NCBI GenBank assembly: GCA_965197905.1
Contig: CBDAOB010000005.1
Coordinates: 2,016,001 to 2,080,000 of the forward strand
DNA length: 64,000 bases
Source: Candidatus Latescibacterota bacterium
GTDB lineage: Bacteria; Latescibacterota; UBA2968; UBA8231
Reading direction: 5' to 3'
Shown: piece by piece, positions 42,316 through 52,039 of the stretch
Layout: every line of letters starts with the position of its first letter
How positions within the stretch are numbered: the stretch's first letter is position 1
The notes under the pieces: model-generated
Databases searched by the model: none
The model's input: only the letters and a program-made list of their open reading frames with translations
Told to the model about the DNA's origin: nothing
Position numbers and translations under genes: made by a program

Positions 42316-42999
42316 TCACGCTCTGCGAACGAGCGCTCGCATCGCTCGGTACATGAATGCCAGCGACAGCAATACCCAGACTGCGGCAATCGGGTAGGCG
42401 AGCCAGCGGTAACCCCAGTAGTTGGCGAGAATACCGGCGTCCGTAGCTTCCGCCTGGCCTCCAAGATCGGTGTAGAAATCGAACAGGCTGTAGAGGCATA
42501 GCATCGTGCCCATCCAGACCGCGGCCGCCTTGGCGGTCGGCGGTGAGTAGAGTGCGGCTACCACTAGGGCTAGTCCACCGAAAATGCCGAGATAGAAATC
42601 GAGACCACCTACCGGCGTGTACCACATGGTCATGCCCATGCTCGAAGCACCCACCAAAAGCAGAGCGAAACGCTGCAGCAATGGCGCGATCGAGGTATAA
42701 ATAAGCAGCGCGCCCGCTGCCGCGGAACCTACATACCCTGCCGCACTTATGAGCGGAAAATATCCCCCTTGCGTAAGCGTGTGTCCGCCCTCGTCCCAGT
42801 TGGTTCTCATTTCCAATACTGCTCCGCCGGTCAATAAAGCCGTCCCGGCGTGACAAACCTCGTGAACGACGATGACAAAGAGGCGAAACGGTTTGATGAA
42901 TATGCTATCCCAGAGAACGAGCGCGATGAAGGCGGCACCGAGATAGAATCGGAACTTCCAGAAGATTCGAAAAACGTAGACGGCACGGTGGAACGCCAT
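42316..42999 (-). CDS. M50B-like membrane metallopeptidase
   Basis: HEVCH zinc motif, AGY.G, TDA..L and multiple TM segments. Confidence 0.8.
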   Translation of the reverse strand: MAFHRAVYVFRIFWKFRFYLGAAFIALVLWDSIFIKPFRLFVIVVHEVCHAGTALLTGGAVLEMRTNWDEGGHTLTQGGYFPLISAAGYVGSAAAGALLIYTSIAPLLQRFALLLVGASSMGMTMWYTPVGGLDFYLGIFGGLALVVAALYSPPTAKAAAVWMGTMLCLYSLFDFYTDLGGQAEATDAGILANYWGYRWLAYPIAAVWVLLSLAFMYRAMRALVRRA

Positions 43000-43021
43000 A
43001 CAAAAACTCGTGAAAACCGGA

Positions 43022-44944
43022 CTATATCAACGCCTTCGAGGAGATCTTTTCCGCCACCAATCCAACGGCATCCGTAACCGACATGGGATCGAGATTCTCG
43101 CCGGTTCGCTGCCTAATCGTCACTTCCCCGCTCTCGGCTTCGCGGTCACCGAGTACGAGCATATAGGGCACCTTGTGAACCTGGGCTTGGCGAATTCGAT
43201 AGTTGAGGGTGGCGTCGCCGTGCAGCTCGGATCGGACGCCAGCATCCAGAAGCTTTCTGTGCACCGAGTCGCCATACTCGCCATGGCGTTCGGCGATGGG
43301 CAACACCACCGCCTGTACGGGCGCCAGCCAGACCGGGAACGCCCCGGCGAAATGCTCAATCAGAAAACCTATGGTGCGCTCGTGGGTACCTAGCAGAGCG
43401 CGATGGATACAGATCGGGTGTTCCTCCTCCCCGGCCGAGTTGGTGTAAACCAACCCCAGCCTTGCCGGAACGGCGAAGTCCACCTGGTTTGTCGAGAAGG
43501 AGAACTCGCGTCCAATGGCGCTCCAGACCTCCACATCTATCTTCGGGCCGTAGAATGCCGCCTCACCTGGAGCCTCCGTGTATTCTATGCCGCCGTTTCC
43601 CATGGCCTGGCGAACCATCTCTTCGGTCTTTGTCCAGAGTTCGGGTTCGTCCACGTACTTTTTCCCCAGCTCTTTGGGAGCATGGGTGCTAAAACGCATT
43701 ACGTACTTCTCGATGCCGAACAACTCGAAGTAATCCAGGTACAACCTGCACACCGCTAGGAATTCCTCCTCGAATTGATCCAGCGTGCAGTAGATATGCG
43801 CGTCGTTCATCTGCATCGAGCGCACCCGCATGAGCCCGAACAATTCGCCGGATTTCTCGTATCTGTAGCAGGTACCGTACTCCGACAGTCGCAGCGGGAG
43901 ATCGCGATATGAGCGCGGCACCGACCCGTAGATCTTGTGATGATGGGGACAGTTCATCGGCTTCAGATAGTACTTGACCCCCTCCAGCTCCATCGGCGGG
44001 TACATCGACTCCGCATAATACGGCAGGTGCCCCGTGCGCTCGTAGATGACATCCTTGCAGATGTGAGGTGTCCGCACCTGTTTGTAGCCGGCCCTGCGCT
44101 CCACCGCCTTGGCCAGATTCTCGAGCTCTTCGATCAGCACCGTACCTTTGGGTTGCCAGAGCGGTAAACCAGGTCCGATCTCCTCGTCGAAAAGAAACAG
44201 TTCCTGTTCCTGACCCAGTCGCCGGTGGTCCCGTTTCTTGGCCTCCTCGAGCATGTCCAGGTGGTGGTCCAGCGCTTCCCTGCTGGAAAAAGCGGTACCG
44301 TAGATACGTTGCAGCATCTTGTTCTTCTCGTCGCCCCTCCAATAGGCTCCGGCGACGCTCAGCAGCTTGAAATAACGTGCTTGACCCGTTCCCAAGATGT
44401 GCGGCCCGCGGCACAGATCGCAAAAATCACCATCCCGATAGAACGACAGGCGCTCCTCCTCTCCGATGCCCTCGAGAATCTCTAGCTTGTACGGCTCGTC
44501 CTTTAGTAGCTCTCGTGCATCTGCGGCCGGCACCTCGAAACGCTCGAACCGGTGGTTCTGTTTTACCACTCTCTTCATCTCCTTCTCGATGCTCTGCAGA
44601 TCATCCGGGGTGAACGGATTCTCGGCGTCGAAATCGTAGTAAAACCCGTCCTCGATCGCCGGGCCGATCGCCAGCTTCGTTCCCGGAAACAGTCTGAGCA
44701 CGGCCTGCGCCATGACGTGAGAAAGACTGTGCCGGAAAATCCATGGGGCATCCTCCGCCTTCCATTCGATCAACTCCACGTCGGCATCTGCTGCAAGCTC
44801 GGTGTGAAAATCGATCCGCTCGCCCTCCAATCGCGCCCCTATGCAGGTCTTTAGCAGGGTCTTGTCGGTCTCCACAAGAACCTCCTTGAGCGAAGCGCCC
44901 GCTTCAGAGTAGAGAGTTTCTCCATCGGGTTTTCTAATATTCAT
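43022..44944 (-). CDS. thrS: Threonine--tRNA ligase
   Basis: RHS..H, GFYYDF, DLCRGPH, AGAYWRG, RDHR, KPMNCP, RYE.SG and AAFYGPKID. ATG 44944 follows AGGAG. Confidence 0.97.
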   Translation of the reverse strand: MNIRKPDGETLYSEAGASLKEVLVETDKTLLKTCIGARLEGERIDFHTELAADADVELIEWKAEDAPWIFRHSLSHVMAQAVLRLFPGTKLAIGPAIEDGFYYDFDAENPFTPDDLQSIEKEMKRVVKQNHRFERFEVPAADARELLKDEPYKLEILEGIGEEERLSFYRDGDFCDLCRGPHILGTGQARYFKLLSVAGAYWRGDEKNKMLQRIYGTAFSSREALDHHLDMLEEAKKRDHRRLGQEQELFLFDEEIGPGLPLWQPKGTVLIEELENLAKAVERRAGYKQVRTPHICKDVIYERTGHLPYYAESMYPPMELEGVKYYLKPMNCPHHHKIYGSVPRSYRDLPLRLSEYGTCYRYEKSGELFGLMRVRSMQMNDAHIYCTLDQFEEEFLAVCRLYLDYFELFGIEKYVMRFSTHAPKELGKKYVDEPELWTKTEEMVRQAMGNGGIEYTEAPGEAAFYGPKIDVEVWSAIGREFSFSTNQVDFAVPARLGLVYTNSAGEEEHPICIHRALLGTHERTIGFLIEHFAGAFPVWLAPVQAVVLPIAERHGEYGDSVHRKLLDAGVRSELHGDATLNYRIRQAQVHKVPYMLVLGDREAESGEVTIRQRTGENLDPMSVTDAVGLVAEKISSKALI

Positions 44945-44970
44945 TGTTCGACTCCTGTGCCTCAAACATC

Positions 44971-44994
44971 AAAAACGCCCCCTACCGGGGAGGC
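44971..44994 (-). terminator. Terminator-like hairpin in the thrS leader
   Basis: Minus strand GCCTCC-CCGGTA-GGGGGC followed by GTTTTT, about 27 nt before the thrS ATG. Confidence 0.6.
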
Positions 44995-45026
44995 AGCGGG
45001 CTTCGGAAGATCGATTTGCTGCTGAT

Positions 45027-45143
45027 CTAAAGCAGCGAGACCCGCACGGAAACATCGGTTGACTCCTCCGTAGTGAGATGTGCGGAGGGTGCCAAAGCGG
45101 TGCGCGGGGTGCCGGGTTCGATTGCCAACATTTCTCTGCTCAT
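45027..45143 (-). CDS. Candidate thrS leader peptide (38 aa, 5 Thr)
   Basis: MSREMLAIEPGTPRTALAPSAHLTTEESTDVSVRVSLL*, between the promoter and the leader terminator. SD is weak. Confidence 0.5.
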   Translation of the reverse strand: MSREMLAIEPGTPRTALAPSAHLTTEESTDVSVRVSLL

Positions 45144-45171
45144 CGTCGCGATTACCGTTTCAACTAGCACG

Positions 45172-45201
45172 AAATTAAGCGGCGGCTTGCGACCATGTCA
45201 A
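45172..45201 (-). promoter_or_regulatory. sigma70-type promoter for thrS
   Basis: Minus strand TTGACA-18 bp-TAATTT. Confidence 0.55.
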
Positions 45202-45245
45202 GAGCGGTTCCTCGAGTAGAACGCGGCCCAAACGCGAGGACGCTC

Positions 45246-46418
45246 CTAGTGCGGTGCGGCCTGCCGAACCGCTTCGGCGATGCGTGGGGCCACCGATTTG
45301 TCGAGGGGGGCAGGCAGGATCTTCTCCGGCTCCGGGGTCTCCACCGTATCTGCAAGCGCGTGGGCAGCGGCGAACTTCATCGCCGGATCTATGGTCGCCG
45401 CTTCAGCATCGAGCGCTCCGCGAAAGATCCCCGGAAAAGCGAGGACATTGTTTACCTGGTTGGGAAAATCACTGCGACCCGTCCCCACAATGGCGGCTCC
45501 TCCACGGCGCGCGCGGTCGGGCATGATCTCGGGCTCCGGATTCGCCATGGCCAGAATCACCGAGTCTGGGGCCATGCTGCGGACATCGTCTTCGTCCAGA
45601 AGGTTTCCCTTGCTGACCCCGATAAAGACGTCGGCTCCCTCCAGCACCTCTCGTAAAGTGCCAGTTCGATCGGCATGGTTGGTATAGGAGAGAAGCGCCT
45701 TCTTCTCGGTCGAGAGTCCATCGCGGCCGCGATGCACCGCGCCCTTGGAGTCGCAGATGACCACATCCTCCACCGATTTGCATACCGACGGATCGTACCC
45801 CACACATCTCAGCATGCGGGCGATCGCGGTGCCTGCGGCCCCGGCGCCGCTGATCACGACTCTCATTTTGGTTATCTCGCGATCCAAAACCCGGCAGGCG
45901 TTGATCAGGGCGGCCAGCAGCACGATGGCAGTACCATGCTGGTCGTCGTGAAAGACCGGAATACCCAGATCCTGCAGCTGATCTTCTACCTGAAAGCAAC
46001 GTGGAGCGGCAATGTCCTCCAGATTTATGCCTCCAAACACAGGAGCAATGCGGCGCACCGTGTCGACGATTTCATCGGGGTCCTGAGTGTCCAGACAGAT
46101 GGGCCAGGCATCGATGCCGGCGTATTCCTTGAAGAGCAGGGCTTTGCCCTCCATCACAGGGATGGAGGCCAGAGGACCTATGTTTCCCAACCCTAGAACC
46201 GCCGAGCCATCGCTCACGACGGCTACCGAATTTCGTTTGATGGTGAGGTGTTGCGCCTGGCTCGGATCGGCCGCGATCAACTCGCAAGGCCGGGCAACGC
46301 CCGGCGTATAGGCGATAGAGAGATCGTCCTGGGTTTCGATCGGAATCTTGTTGACGATCCCGATCTTACCGCGCAATTGTTTGTGAATAATAGCTGAGCG
46401 CTCGTAGAAGTCGGTCAT
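45246..46418 (-). CDS. NAD(P)-dependent malic enzyme (short form)
   Basis: AYTPGVA, DGSAVLGLG, PVMEGKA, NLEDI, FHDDQHGTA, GAGAAG and GRSDFPNQVNN. Confidence 0.95.
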   Translation of the reverse strand: MTDFYERSAIIHKQLRGKIGIVNKIPIETQDDLSIAYTPGVARPCELIAADPSQAQHLTIKRNSVAVVSDGSAVLGLGNIGPLASIPVMEGKALLFKEYAGIDAWPICLDTQDPDEIVDTVRRIAPVFGGINLEDIAAPRCFQVEDQLQDLGIPVFHDDQHGTAIVLLAALINACRVLDREITKMRVVISGAGAAGTAIARMLRCVGYDPSVCKSVEDVVICDSKGAVHRGRDGLSTEKKALLSYTNHADRTGTLREVLEGADVFIGVSKGNLLDEDDVRSMAPDSVILAMANPEPEIMPDRARRGGAAIVGTGRSDFPNQVNNVLAFPGIFRGALDAEAATIDPAMKFAAAHALADTVETPEPEKILPAPLDKSVAPRIAEAVRQAAPH

Positions 46419-46424
46419 GGTGCT

Positions 46425-46439
46425 GCTAGTGTCCTGTCG
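46425..46439. repeat. Isolated end of the palindromic element found at 51336-51503
   Basis: GCTAGTGTCCTGTCG is identical to 51335-51349. Confidence 0.7.
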
Positions 46440-46448
46440 GGAAGCAAT

Positions 46449-48086
46449 CTATTTCGGGCACACGAGCTCCTTGTCCAGCAGCGATTGATTGCCCGAGTAA
46501 TCCACCGGGATGTCGATCAGGTGGACACCAGGACTATCGAGACACTCCTGCAGTTTGGGGAGGAGTTGCTCGGTCTTCTCGATGCGGTGCCCATTGGCAC
46601 CGTAACACTCCGCGTATTTGACGAAGTCGGGATTGGTGTAGTCGAGTCCCCAGTTCTCGAACCCCATATCCGCCTGTTTCCATTTGATCATACCGTAGCC
46701 TGAATCGTTCAGGACGAGGACGAGAAGATCCATCTTCAGGCGAACCGCGGTCTCCAATTCCTGCGAGTTCATCATGAAACCGCCATCCCCGCATATGGCG
46801 ACCACCTTCTTGTCTGGACTGACCAACCGTGCCCCCATGGCCGAAGGCAGGCCGGCGCCCATGGTGGCCAACGCGTTGTCGAGAAGCACGGTATTCGCCG
46901 CGTGCGCTTTGTAATTGAGCGCGAACCAGATCTTGTACACCCCGTTGTCCAGGCAAATGATGCCATCGTCCAGAACCGCGCGCCGCACGTCTGCAACGAA
47001 ACGTTGCGGGACGATCGGGAAGGATTTGTCATCGATCCCTTTCGCTCTCTCCTCATCGATCCACTTCTTAACCTTCATGACGTAGGAAAAATCCCATCGT
47101 TTTTGCTTGTCGGTTCGCAGCATCAATTGCCAAATGCTGTTCCCGATATCACCGATCACTTCGAGTTGCGGGAAGTAGACGGGATCGACAGAGGCCGATA
47201 TGAAGTTGATATGAATTACCTTCAAACCGTCAGCTTCCATAAAGAACGGTGGCTTTTCCACAACATCGTGCCCCACGTTGATGATCAGATCGGAGCGTTG
47301 GATGGCACAATGCAATCTGTCGTTGGCCGACAGGGCAGCGTTGCCCAAAAACAGCGGGTGACGTTCGTCCACGACCCCTTTTCCCATCTGCGTGGTGAAG
47401 AATGGGATACTCATGTCGTCGATGAAGTGACGGAGCATCTTGGAGGTCCGTTTGCGGTTGGCCGCGGCGCCGATGAGAAGCAGGGGGCAGTCTGACTCCT
47501 CGATCATTCGCGCCGCTTTGGCCACTGCTTTCTCTTCAGGTACCGGCCGGCGAACCTTGTCCATTGGGTAGAGAGGGGTGTCGGACTCTTCGTCGGCAAT
47601 GTCCTCGGGAAGTTCCAAGTGGACCGCGCCAGGCCGCTCCTCTTCCGCCACGCGCACCGCCTCGCGAACATGGGAGGGTATGTTGCCGCCGTTGACGATC
47701 TGACGCGTGTATTTGGTCAATGGTCGCATCATGTCGACCACATCCACGATCTGGAACTGACCCTGCTTGCTCGATTTGATCGGTTTTTGACCGGTCAACA
47801 TGAGCATCGGCATCGCGCCCAACTGCGCGTACGCAGCTGCGGTCACAAAATTGGTGGCCCCCGGACCCAGCGTTGACACGCATACTCCGGTCTTGCCGGT
47901 CAACCTGCCGACCGTCGCCGCCATAAAACCCGCCGCTTGCTCGTGACGCGTCAGAATCAGCTTGATCTTCTTGGAATGTCGCAGAGATTCTAGAAAATGG
48001 AGATTCTCTTCACCTGGAATTCCGAAGATGTACTCGACCCCTTCCTCCTCCAGGGCTTTCACAAACAGGTCAGACGCTTTCATCAA
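46449..48086 (-). CDS. Acetolactate-synthase-like ThDP enzyme (large subunit family)
   Basis: FGIPGEEN, RHEQ.A.FMA, TLGPGATN and GDGGF.M...E...N. No small subunit nearby. Confidence 0.88.
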   Translation of the reverse strand: MMKASDLFVKALEEEGVEYIFGIPGEENLHFLESLRHSKKIKLILTRHEQAAGFMAATVGRLTGKTGVCVSTLGPGATNFVTAAAYAQLGAMPMLMLTGQKPIKSSKQGQFQIVDVVDMMRPLTKYTRQIVNGGNIPSHVREAVRVAEEERPGAVHLELPEDIADEESDTPLYPMDKVRRPVPEEKAVAKAARMIEESDCPLLLIGAAANRKRTSKMLRHFIDDMSIPFFTTQMGKGVVDERHPLFLGNAALSANDRLHCAIQRSDLIINVGHDVVEKPPFFMEADGLKVIHINFISASVDPVYFPQLEVIGDIGNSIWQLMLRTDKQKRWDFSYVMKVKKWIDEERAKGIDDKSFPIVPQRFVADVRRAVLDDGIICLDNGVYKIWFALNYKAHAANTVLLDNALATMGAGLPSAMGARLVSPDKKVVAICGDGGFMMNSQELETAVRLKMDLLVLVLNDSGYGMIKWKQADMGFENWGLDYTNPDFVKYAECYGANGHRIEKTEQLLPKLQECLDSPGVHLIDIPVDYSGNQSLLDKELVCPK

Positions 48087-48237
48087 TTATCCCTCAATCG
48101 TTGCCTGCTATTCAGACAGCAGCCGGTCTGCATTAGGGAAAAACCCATACAGTATAACAAAAAGTGCTGGATCGAAAAGTCTGGGGCCCTGCAGGAGCGG
48201 GATCGTCAACCGTGCAGAATTCCCTCCGAGAACCAGC

Positions 48238-49494
48238 CTAGTGGGCAAAATCTGCTTCCAGTTCCGAAGCGACTCCTGCGATCTCAAGGAATAAATCTTT
48301 CTGCGCGGGACTCATTTCTCGGTCGCGCCTACGACCGGCCCTTTGTGCCACTTCTACTCCCTTGGCGGGGTCATACCGCTCTTCCCGATCTTCGTCTAAC
48401 CAGCTGAAGCTGGGCACGAACTTCGGGCTGCGCGACCTGAAGACGCTGCTGCAGAATCCAACAACCGCCCCCGTCGGGAACGTGACATTGATGCCGATCT
48501 TGGCATGATCTCCAGCGAAGAGGCCGACAAACTGCTCATTCGTTTCCACAGGCCTGCCGTTTATGGGCACGGACACGGTTCCATAGGTGTTCTTGAGATT
48601 GCTGTTGCTCGTTCCAGCGCCGATGTTGACCCATGCACCCAGGTAGCTGTGTCCGAGGAAACCGAGATGTTGTTTATTGGAACACTCGTGCATGATGCTG
48701 GCCGCGATTTCCCCCCCGACCTTGCAGGTTGGACCTACGGTACTCCCCTCCCGAAGAAGGGTTCCGGCTAACAGCTGGGAACCGTCTCCCACGCATGCCG
48801 GACCCTGCAGATAGGTGTTGGCGAAGATATGCACATCGCCGCCGATCCACACGGGTCCGTTGCGCGCATCTATGACCACACCCGGGTCCAGCACGCTCCC
48901 ATCTCCCACAAATACGGCGTCTTCCCCTAAAATGCGGCATCCGCTGTCGACGTCACCGAGAACCGCGGCAGAGTGTCGGTGCCGGATCCAGTCTCCTTCG
49001 ATGGCATCGCCGTTGGCTTTGACCAGGTCCCAAGGCCACTGCATCACATTGACGAGATCGTCGACCGGTTTGGCTGGCAGATCGTTCAACAGCTCCGCTA
49101 GACCGCTTTCGTCCAATAGTATCGCGGGGTTGAGTCGCTCGGCGAGACGATCGTCGGCGTATACGCAGGCGACGTCGTTTTGCTTAGTTGTCCCCACCCA
49201 GGCAGGTTCGTTGGCGTCCACGGGGGGCAGGCTTTTCCAACGCCCCCTTCCGTTGAGCAGCAAGGCGCCTCCGGTGAGTTCCTGGTTGATCTGCAGTAAG
49301 GTCTCTTCTTGCGTAACGGCGTCGATGTGTGGACGGCACCAGATCTCCACCTGACCGTCCCCGGCTTCTGCCACCAACCATTGGACCGCGTGAAGCAGAT
49401 CGGAAATTCCGCACACCAACCGGCAGGTTGGGCGTGCATACACGAGGGGCGTAAAATTGCGCCAGCGGGAATCCTCGAAAACGATCACCCGCAT
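48238..49494 (-). CDS. Alternative GlmU-like sugar nucleotidyl/acetyltransferase
   Basis: FED.....F.PL...RP...L..G N-terminus, PWDL, hexapeptide repeats, GGEI, NK.H.GFLGHSYLG.WVNIGA...SNLKNTY; downstream of glmS. Confidence 0.82.
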   Translation of the reverse strand: MRVIVFEDSRWRNFTPLVYARPTCRLVCGISDLLHAVQWLVAEAGDGQVEIWCRPHIDAVTQEETLLQINQELTGGALLLNGRGRWKSLPPVDANEPAWVGTTKQNDVACVYADDRLAERLNPAILLDESGLAELLNDLPAKPVDDLVNVMQWPWDLVKANGDAIEGDWIRHRHSAAVLGDVDSGCRILGEDAVFVGDGSVLDPGVVIDARNGPVWIGGDVHIFANTYLQGPACVGDGSQLLAGTLLREGSTVGPTCKVGGEIAASIMHECSNKQHLGFLGHSYLGAWVNIGAGTSNSNLKNTYGTVSVPINGRPVETNEQFVGLFAGDHAKIGINVTFPTGAVVGFCSSVFRSRSPKFVPSFSWLDEDREERYDPAKGVEVAQRAGRRRDREMSPAQKDLFLEIAGVASELEADFAH

Positions 49495-49501
49495 CGAGCT
49501 G

Positions 49502-51334
49502 TCATTCTACGGTAACGCTCTTGGCGAGATTCCGGGGTTTGTCCACATCATGGCCGCGGAACACGGCTGCGTGATAGGCGAGAAGCTGCAGCGGTACGGT
49601 GGTTACCAGCGGTGAAAGAATGGGCAAGGTTGAGGGAACGTAGAGAACCTCTGTCGCGATCCTCTCCAAGCGGCTATCTGGTTCGGTGGCGAAAGCGATC
49701 ACCTGCCCCTGGCGACCGCAGACCTCCTCAATATTTGCCAACACCTTCTCGTAGGTGTGATCTCGCGAAGCGACGACGACCACCGGCATATCTTCGTCGA
49801 TCAGCGCGAGGGGTCCGTGTTTCATTTCGGCTGCCGGCAAACCCTCCGCATGGATATAACTGATTTCCTTGAGCTTCAGGGCACCCTCGATTGCCACCGG
49901 ATAATTGACGCCGCGTCCCAGAAACAACCAGTTGTCGCGTTCGGCGAAACGCGCCACCAGGCCCTTGACCTCGTCCTCCAGCTCCAGTGCCTGTTCGATT
50001 TTCTCCGGTATAGCGGACAGTTCGGTGATGATCTCGCTGGTGCGCTCTGCCGACAAATGACGATGGCGGCCAATATCGATCGCCATCATCGCCAGGGTTG
50101 CGAGTTGCCCGGTGAAGGCCTTGGTGCTCGCTACCCCTATTTCCGTCCCTACGTGGAGATAGACTCCGGCGTCCGTCTCACGAGCGATGGTCGAACCCAC
50201 CGCATTGACGATCCCCAGGACGGTAGCTCCCTTGGTGCGCATCTCGTGCAACGCGGCCAGGGTATCCGCTGTTTCGCCAGATTGGCTAATGAAAATCGCC
50301 ACGGTGTCGGCATCAACGATTGGATTCCGATAACGCAGCTCACTGGCGTACTCGACTTCCGTCGGAATTCGAGCCAGTTCCTCGAACAGGTACTCACCGA
50401 TGAGAGCCGCATGCCAGGCGGTACCGCACGCCGTCAGGATCAGCCGGCGACAATCGTTCCATTGCCGCTCCACCGGGTCCAGTCCGCCGAGGCGAATGCC
50501 GCTTGAAGCCGCATCCACCCTGCCTCGCATGGTGTCGCGCAGCGCCTCTGGTTGTTCGAAAATCTCCTTCAACATATAGTGGGAGTACGCCCCCAGCTCA
50601 AGTTCGTCCAGCGTCATCTCCAGCACGTCCACATCCTTCTGTACCGGCTCCGCGTCGATGGTGCTGACGTGCATCCCGTCGCCGTCCAGAAGGACAAGCT
50701 CATTGTCGTGCAGATAGACTACCTGACTCGTGTGCTCGACGATGGCGGTACCGTCGGAGGCTACCAGATACTCCCCTTCCCCAATGCCGACAATGAGCGG
50801 GCTGCCTCTGCGAGCGGCAACTAGAGTGTCGGGGCGGTCGATGCAGAGTATTGCCACACCGTAGGTCCCGATCACGTCGCGCAGCGCTCGGCGAATGCTT
50901 TCGATCAGCTCTTCACCCTGCGCGTAGAAATATCCGATCAGCTGCACCAAGGCTTCGGTATCGGTTTCGCTCTTGAAAGGCACCCCTTCGCCCTCCAGAA
51001 AAGAGCGGATCGCGTCGTGATTCTCGATGATGCCGTTGTGAACCAGGGCGATGCGCTCGCTTGCATCGAGATGCGGGTGAGCGTTGCGCTCAGTGGGCCG
51101 GCCGTGGGTCGCCCACCGGGTGTGTGCAATGCCGAGAGGTCCCCGGAGCGGCTTATCCGCCACATCCTTTCCAAGAGTGCTCACCTTGCCAGCTTGGCGC
51201 CGTACCTCAATCGCATCACCATCGATGATCGCTAAACCCGCCGAATCGTAGCCGCGGTATTCGAGCCGTTGAAGACCGTTCAACAGCACATCCGTAACCG
51301 GCTTCGATCCCAGATAACCAATGATTCCGCACAT
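49502..51334 (-). CDS. glmS: Glutamine--fructose-6-phosphate aminotransferase
   Basis: MCGIIG start, LEYRGYDSAG, HTRWATHG, SQSGETADT, VASTKAF and PRNLAKSVTVE. Confidence 0.98.
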   Translation of the reverse strand: MCGIIGYLGSKPVTDVLLNGLQRLEYRGYDSAGLAIIDGDAIEVRRQAGKVSTLGKDVADKPLRGPLGIAHTRWATHGRPTERNAHPHLDASERIALVHNGIIENHDAIRSFLEGEGVPFKSETDTEALVQLIGYFYAQGEELIESIRRALRDVIGTYGVAILCIDRPDTLVAARRGSPLIVGIGEGEYLVASDGTAIVEHTSQVVYLHDNELVLLDGDGMHVSTIDAEPVQKDVDVLEMTLDELELGAYSHYMLKEIFEQPEALRDTMRGRVDAASSGIRLGGLDPVERQWNDCRRLILTACGTAWHAALIGEYLFEELARIPTEVEYASELRYRNPIVDADTVAIFISQSGETADTLAALHEMRTKGATVLGIVNAVGSTIARETDAGVYLHVGTEIGVASTKAFTGQLATLAMMAIDIGRHRHLSAERTSEIITELSAIPEKIEQALELEDEVKGLVARFAERDNWLFLGRGVNYPVAIEGALKLKEISYIHAEGLPAAEMKHGPLALIDEDMPVVVVASRDHTYEKVLANIEEVCGRQGQVIAFATEPDSRLERIATEVLYVPSTLPILSPLVTTVPLQLLAYHAAVFRGHDVDKPRNLAKSVTVE

Positions 51335-51335
51335 G

Positions 51336-51503
51336 CTAGTGTCCTGTCGCAGAGATGAGTTGACAAAATTCGGCTGCCGAGGCGCACGGGTCGCAAGGCG
51401 CCTGAGCAAGTCGTACTAGTGGAGTACGGCGAGCGAAGGCAACGCCGCGACCCGGGATGGAGCGGCGGCAGTATGTTGACGGATTTCTGCGACAGGACAC
51501 TAG
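51336..51503. repeat. 168-bp palindromic MITE/REP-like element
   Basis: Perfect 18-bp inverted ends CTAGTGTCCTGTCGCAGA / TCTGCGACAGGACACTAG; nested internal palindrome GGGTCGC..GTCGTACT/AGTACGGC..GCGACCC. Confidence 0.85.
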
Positions 51504-51520
51504 GGATTCACCTCGCATAT

Positions 51521-52039
51521 TCAATCTCTGAGAGAAGATATGGCCCATGTCACCTCCGTATCCTCAACGCTCATGCCATGGATACCGCCCGAAATGTGCG
51601 ATTGAAGATCTAGATAACTCTGCTGTCGCTCGCTGTCGGGATAGACCCAGTCGTGCAGGAAATAGACCGCCTTGACCTTCGCCTGTAAGAGCTCCTTGGA
51701 GCAGCCGAAACAAGGCCTCATGGTTGAATATAGAGCGGCCCCTTCGGTGGCGATGCCGAACCTTGCGGCCGACAACAGGGCGTTTTGTTCCGCGTGAACG
51801 CAGATACAGAGATCGTAATCCTTGCCCGACTCGTATTTGGTTCGATTGCTACAACGTTCGCACCCACCGTCCATGCAGTTGACCATATCGCTAGGTGTTC
51901 CGTTGTAACCGGTCGAAATGATTCGATCGTCGAGCACGAGCACGGCACCCACCCGGTTCCCTATACAGTTTGCCCGAGTGCGTACAGCGAGAGCGATGTG
52001 CATGTAATACTCGTTCCAATCGGGTCGACTCGTTCGCAT
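51521..52039 (-). CDS. dCMP deaminase / ComEB family zinc deaminase
   Basis: RP.W..YYM, R..C....VGAV, TGYNG.P, HAEQNA and PCFGC. Confidence 0.92.
   Translation of the reverse strand: MRTSRPDWNEYYMHIALAVRTRANCIGNRVGAVLVLDDRIISTGYNGTPSDMVNCMDGGCERCSNRTKYESGKDYDLCICVHAEQNALLSAARFGIATEGAALYSTMRPCFGCSKELLQAKVKAVYFLHDWVYPDSERQQSYLDLQSHISGGIHGMSVEDTEVTWAISSLRD

Noticed and set aside
45087..45096. T-box riboswitch (TGGCACC resembles the UGGNACC bulge)
   Set aside because: It lacks the preceding GG helix and a recognisable stem I, and lies far from the terminator; a leader-peptide model fits better.
51335..51520. glmS ribozyme upstream of glmS
   Set aside because: No AGCGCC...GACGAGG core on the minus strand; the space is filled by the palindromic element.
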